Origin: Pedosphaera sp.
Lineage (GTDB): Bacteria > Verrucomicrobiota > Verrucomicrobiia > Limisphaerales > SIBH01
Reading direction: 5' to 3'
Length of the DNA stretch: 16,783 bases
Assembly: GCA_031414955.1 (NCBI GenBank)
Contig: JANOQV010000135.1
Coordinates: 1 to 16,783 of the forward strand
Both the position numbers and the translations under genes were made by a program. Shown in pieces: positions 16,357-16,783 of the stretch. How positions within the stretch are numbered: the stretch's first letter is position 1; each line of letters opens with the position of its first letter. The notes under the pieces are model-generated. The model worked only from the letters and a program-made list of their open reading frames with translations. It was not told where the DNA came from and did no database searches.

Positions 16357-16783
16357 ATGAATGCCAATCTCTTGTCTTTTTTCGTCCAGCGCGCAGGCGG
16401 TTTGCGTTTCCATCATTTGCTGCTTCGCCGCCTTTTGGGTGTGCTGCTTGGTCTCGTTATTTGCGGCGGATCGGCGCAGGCGGCGAGCAGGAAGACCCGC
16501 GAGATTTTCTGCTGATGAAAATGTATGAAGCCTCGTTGAAGGCGGTGGCCCAGTATCAAACGAGGCCAACGGCCGAACAGTTGGCCGCGATGCAAGCGGC
16601 CAGCGCTGAGGCCGGCAGCGCCCAGGCGGCGATGAGCGCGGAGAGCTACGGCTGCGCGCTCTGGCTGGAGATCGTCCGCGCGACCAACAATGCCAGCAAC
16701 GTGGTGGTGACGTTGCACAACACCATTCCCGGCACCAATTACCAGATTCTCAGCAAGACCAATTTGAGCGACACGAACTGGAC
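16357..16783 (+). CDS. 5' part of a probable secreted protein, frameshifted near 16482, truncated by the window edge
   Basis: Not in the ORF track. MNANLLSFF...LLRRLLGVLLGLVICGGSAQA is signal-peptide-like. The -1 frame continues GEQEDPRDFLLMKMYEASLK...LWLEIVRATNNASNVVVTLHNTIPGTNYQILSKTNLSDTNW and is open to the edge. Confidence 0.65.

Overview
GC-rich bacterial DNA. Gene content and repeat families suggest Verrucomicrobiota/PVC (inference). From left to right: (1) two ~88% identical, 5'-truncated copies of a mannose-6-phosphate-isomerase-like cupin gene fused head-to-head at a 7-nt microhomology (537-543). (2) A lower-GC cassette encoding an ABC/AAA_21 ATPase and a DUF4276 TOPRIM-like protein (candidate PARIS/OLD-like defence module), followed immediately by a third, decayed fragment of the same cupin gene, so the cassette is bracketed by a direct repeat. 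(3) Two hypothetical genes, one frameshifted and one carrying two in-frame REP-like palindromes. (4) A minus-strand operon: DUF350, YgiB-like lipoprotein, glutathionylspermidine-synthase-like ligase, double-DUF4178 membrane protein. (5) An ORF6N remnant, an interrupted hypothetical gene and a four-module Cys-rich/DUF1186/SEC-C fusion. (6) Ordinary genes: Tat-signal Gfo/Idh/MocA oxidoreductase, xerD, mlaD and mlaF, with a 240-bp REPIN-like nested palindrome upstream of xerD and the start of a secreted protein at the right edge. Three frameshifts each lack a single base at a short run, which suggests long-read indel errors. All family calls are from motif recognition by eye; no searches were run.
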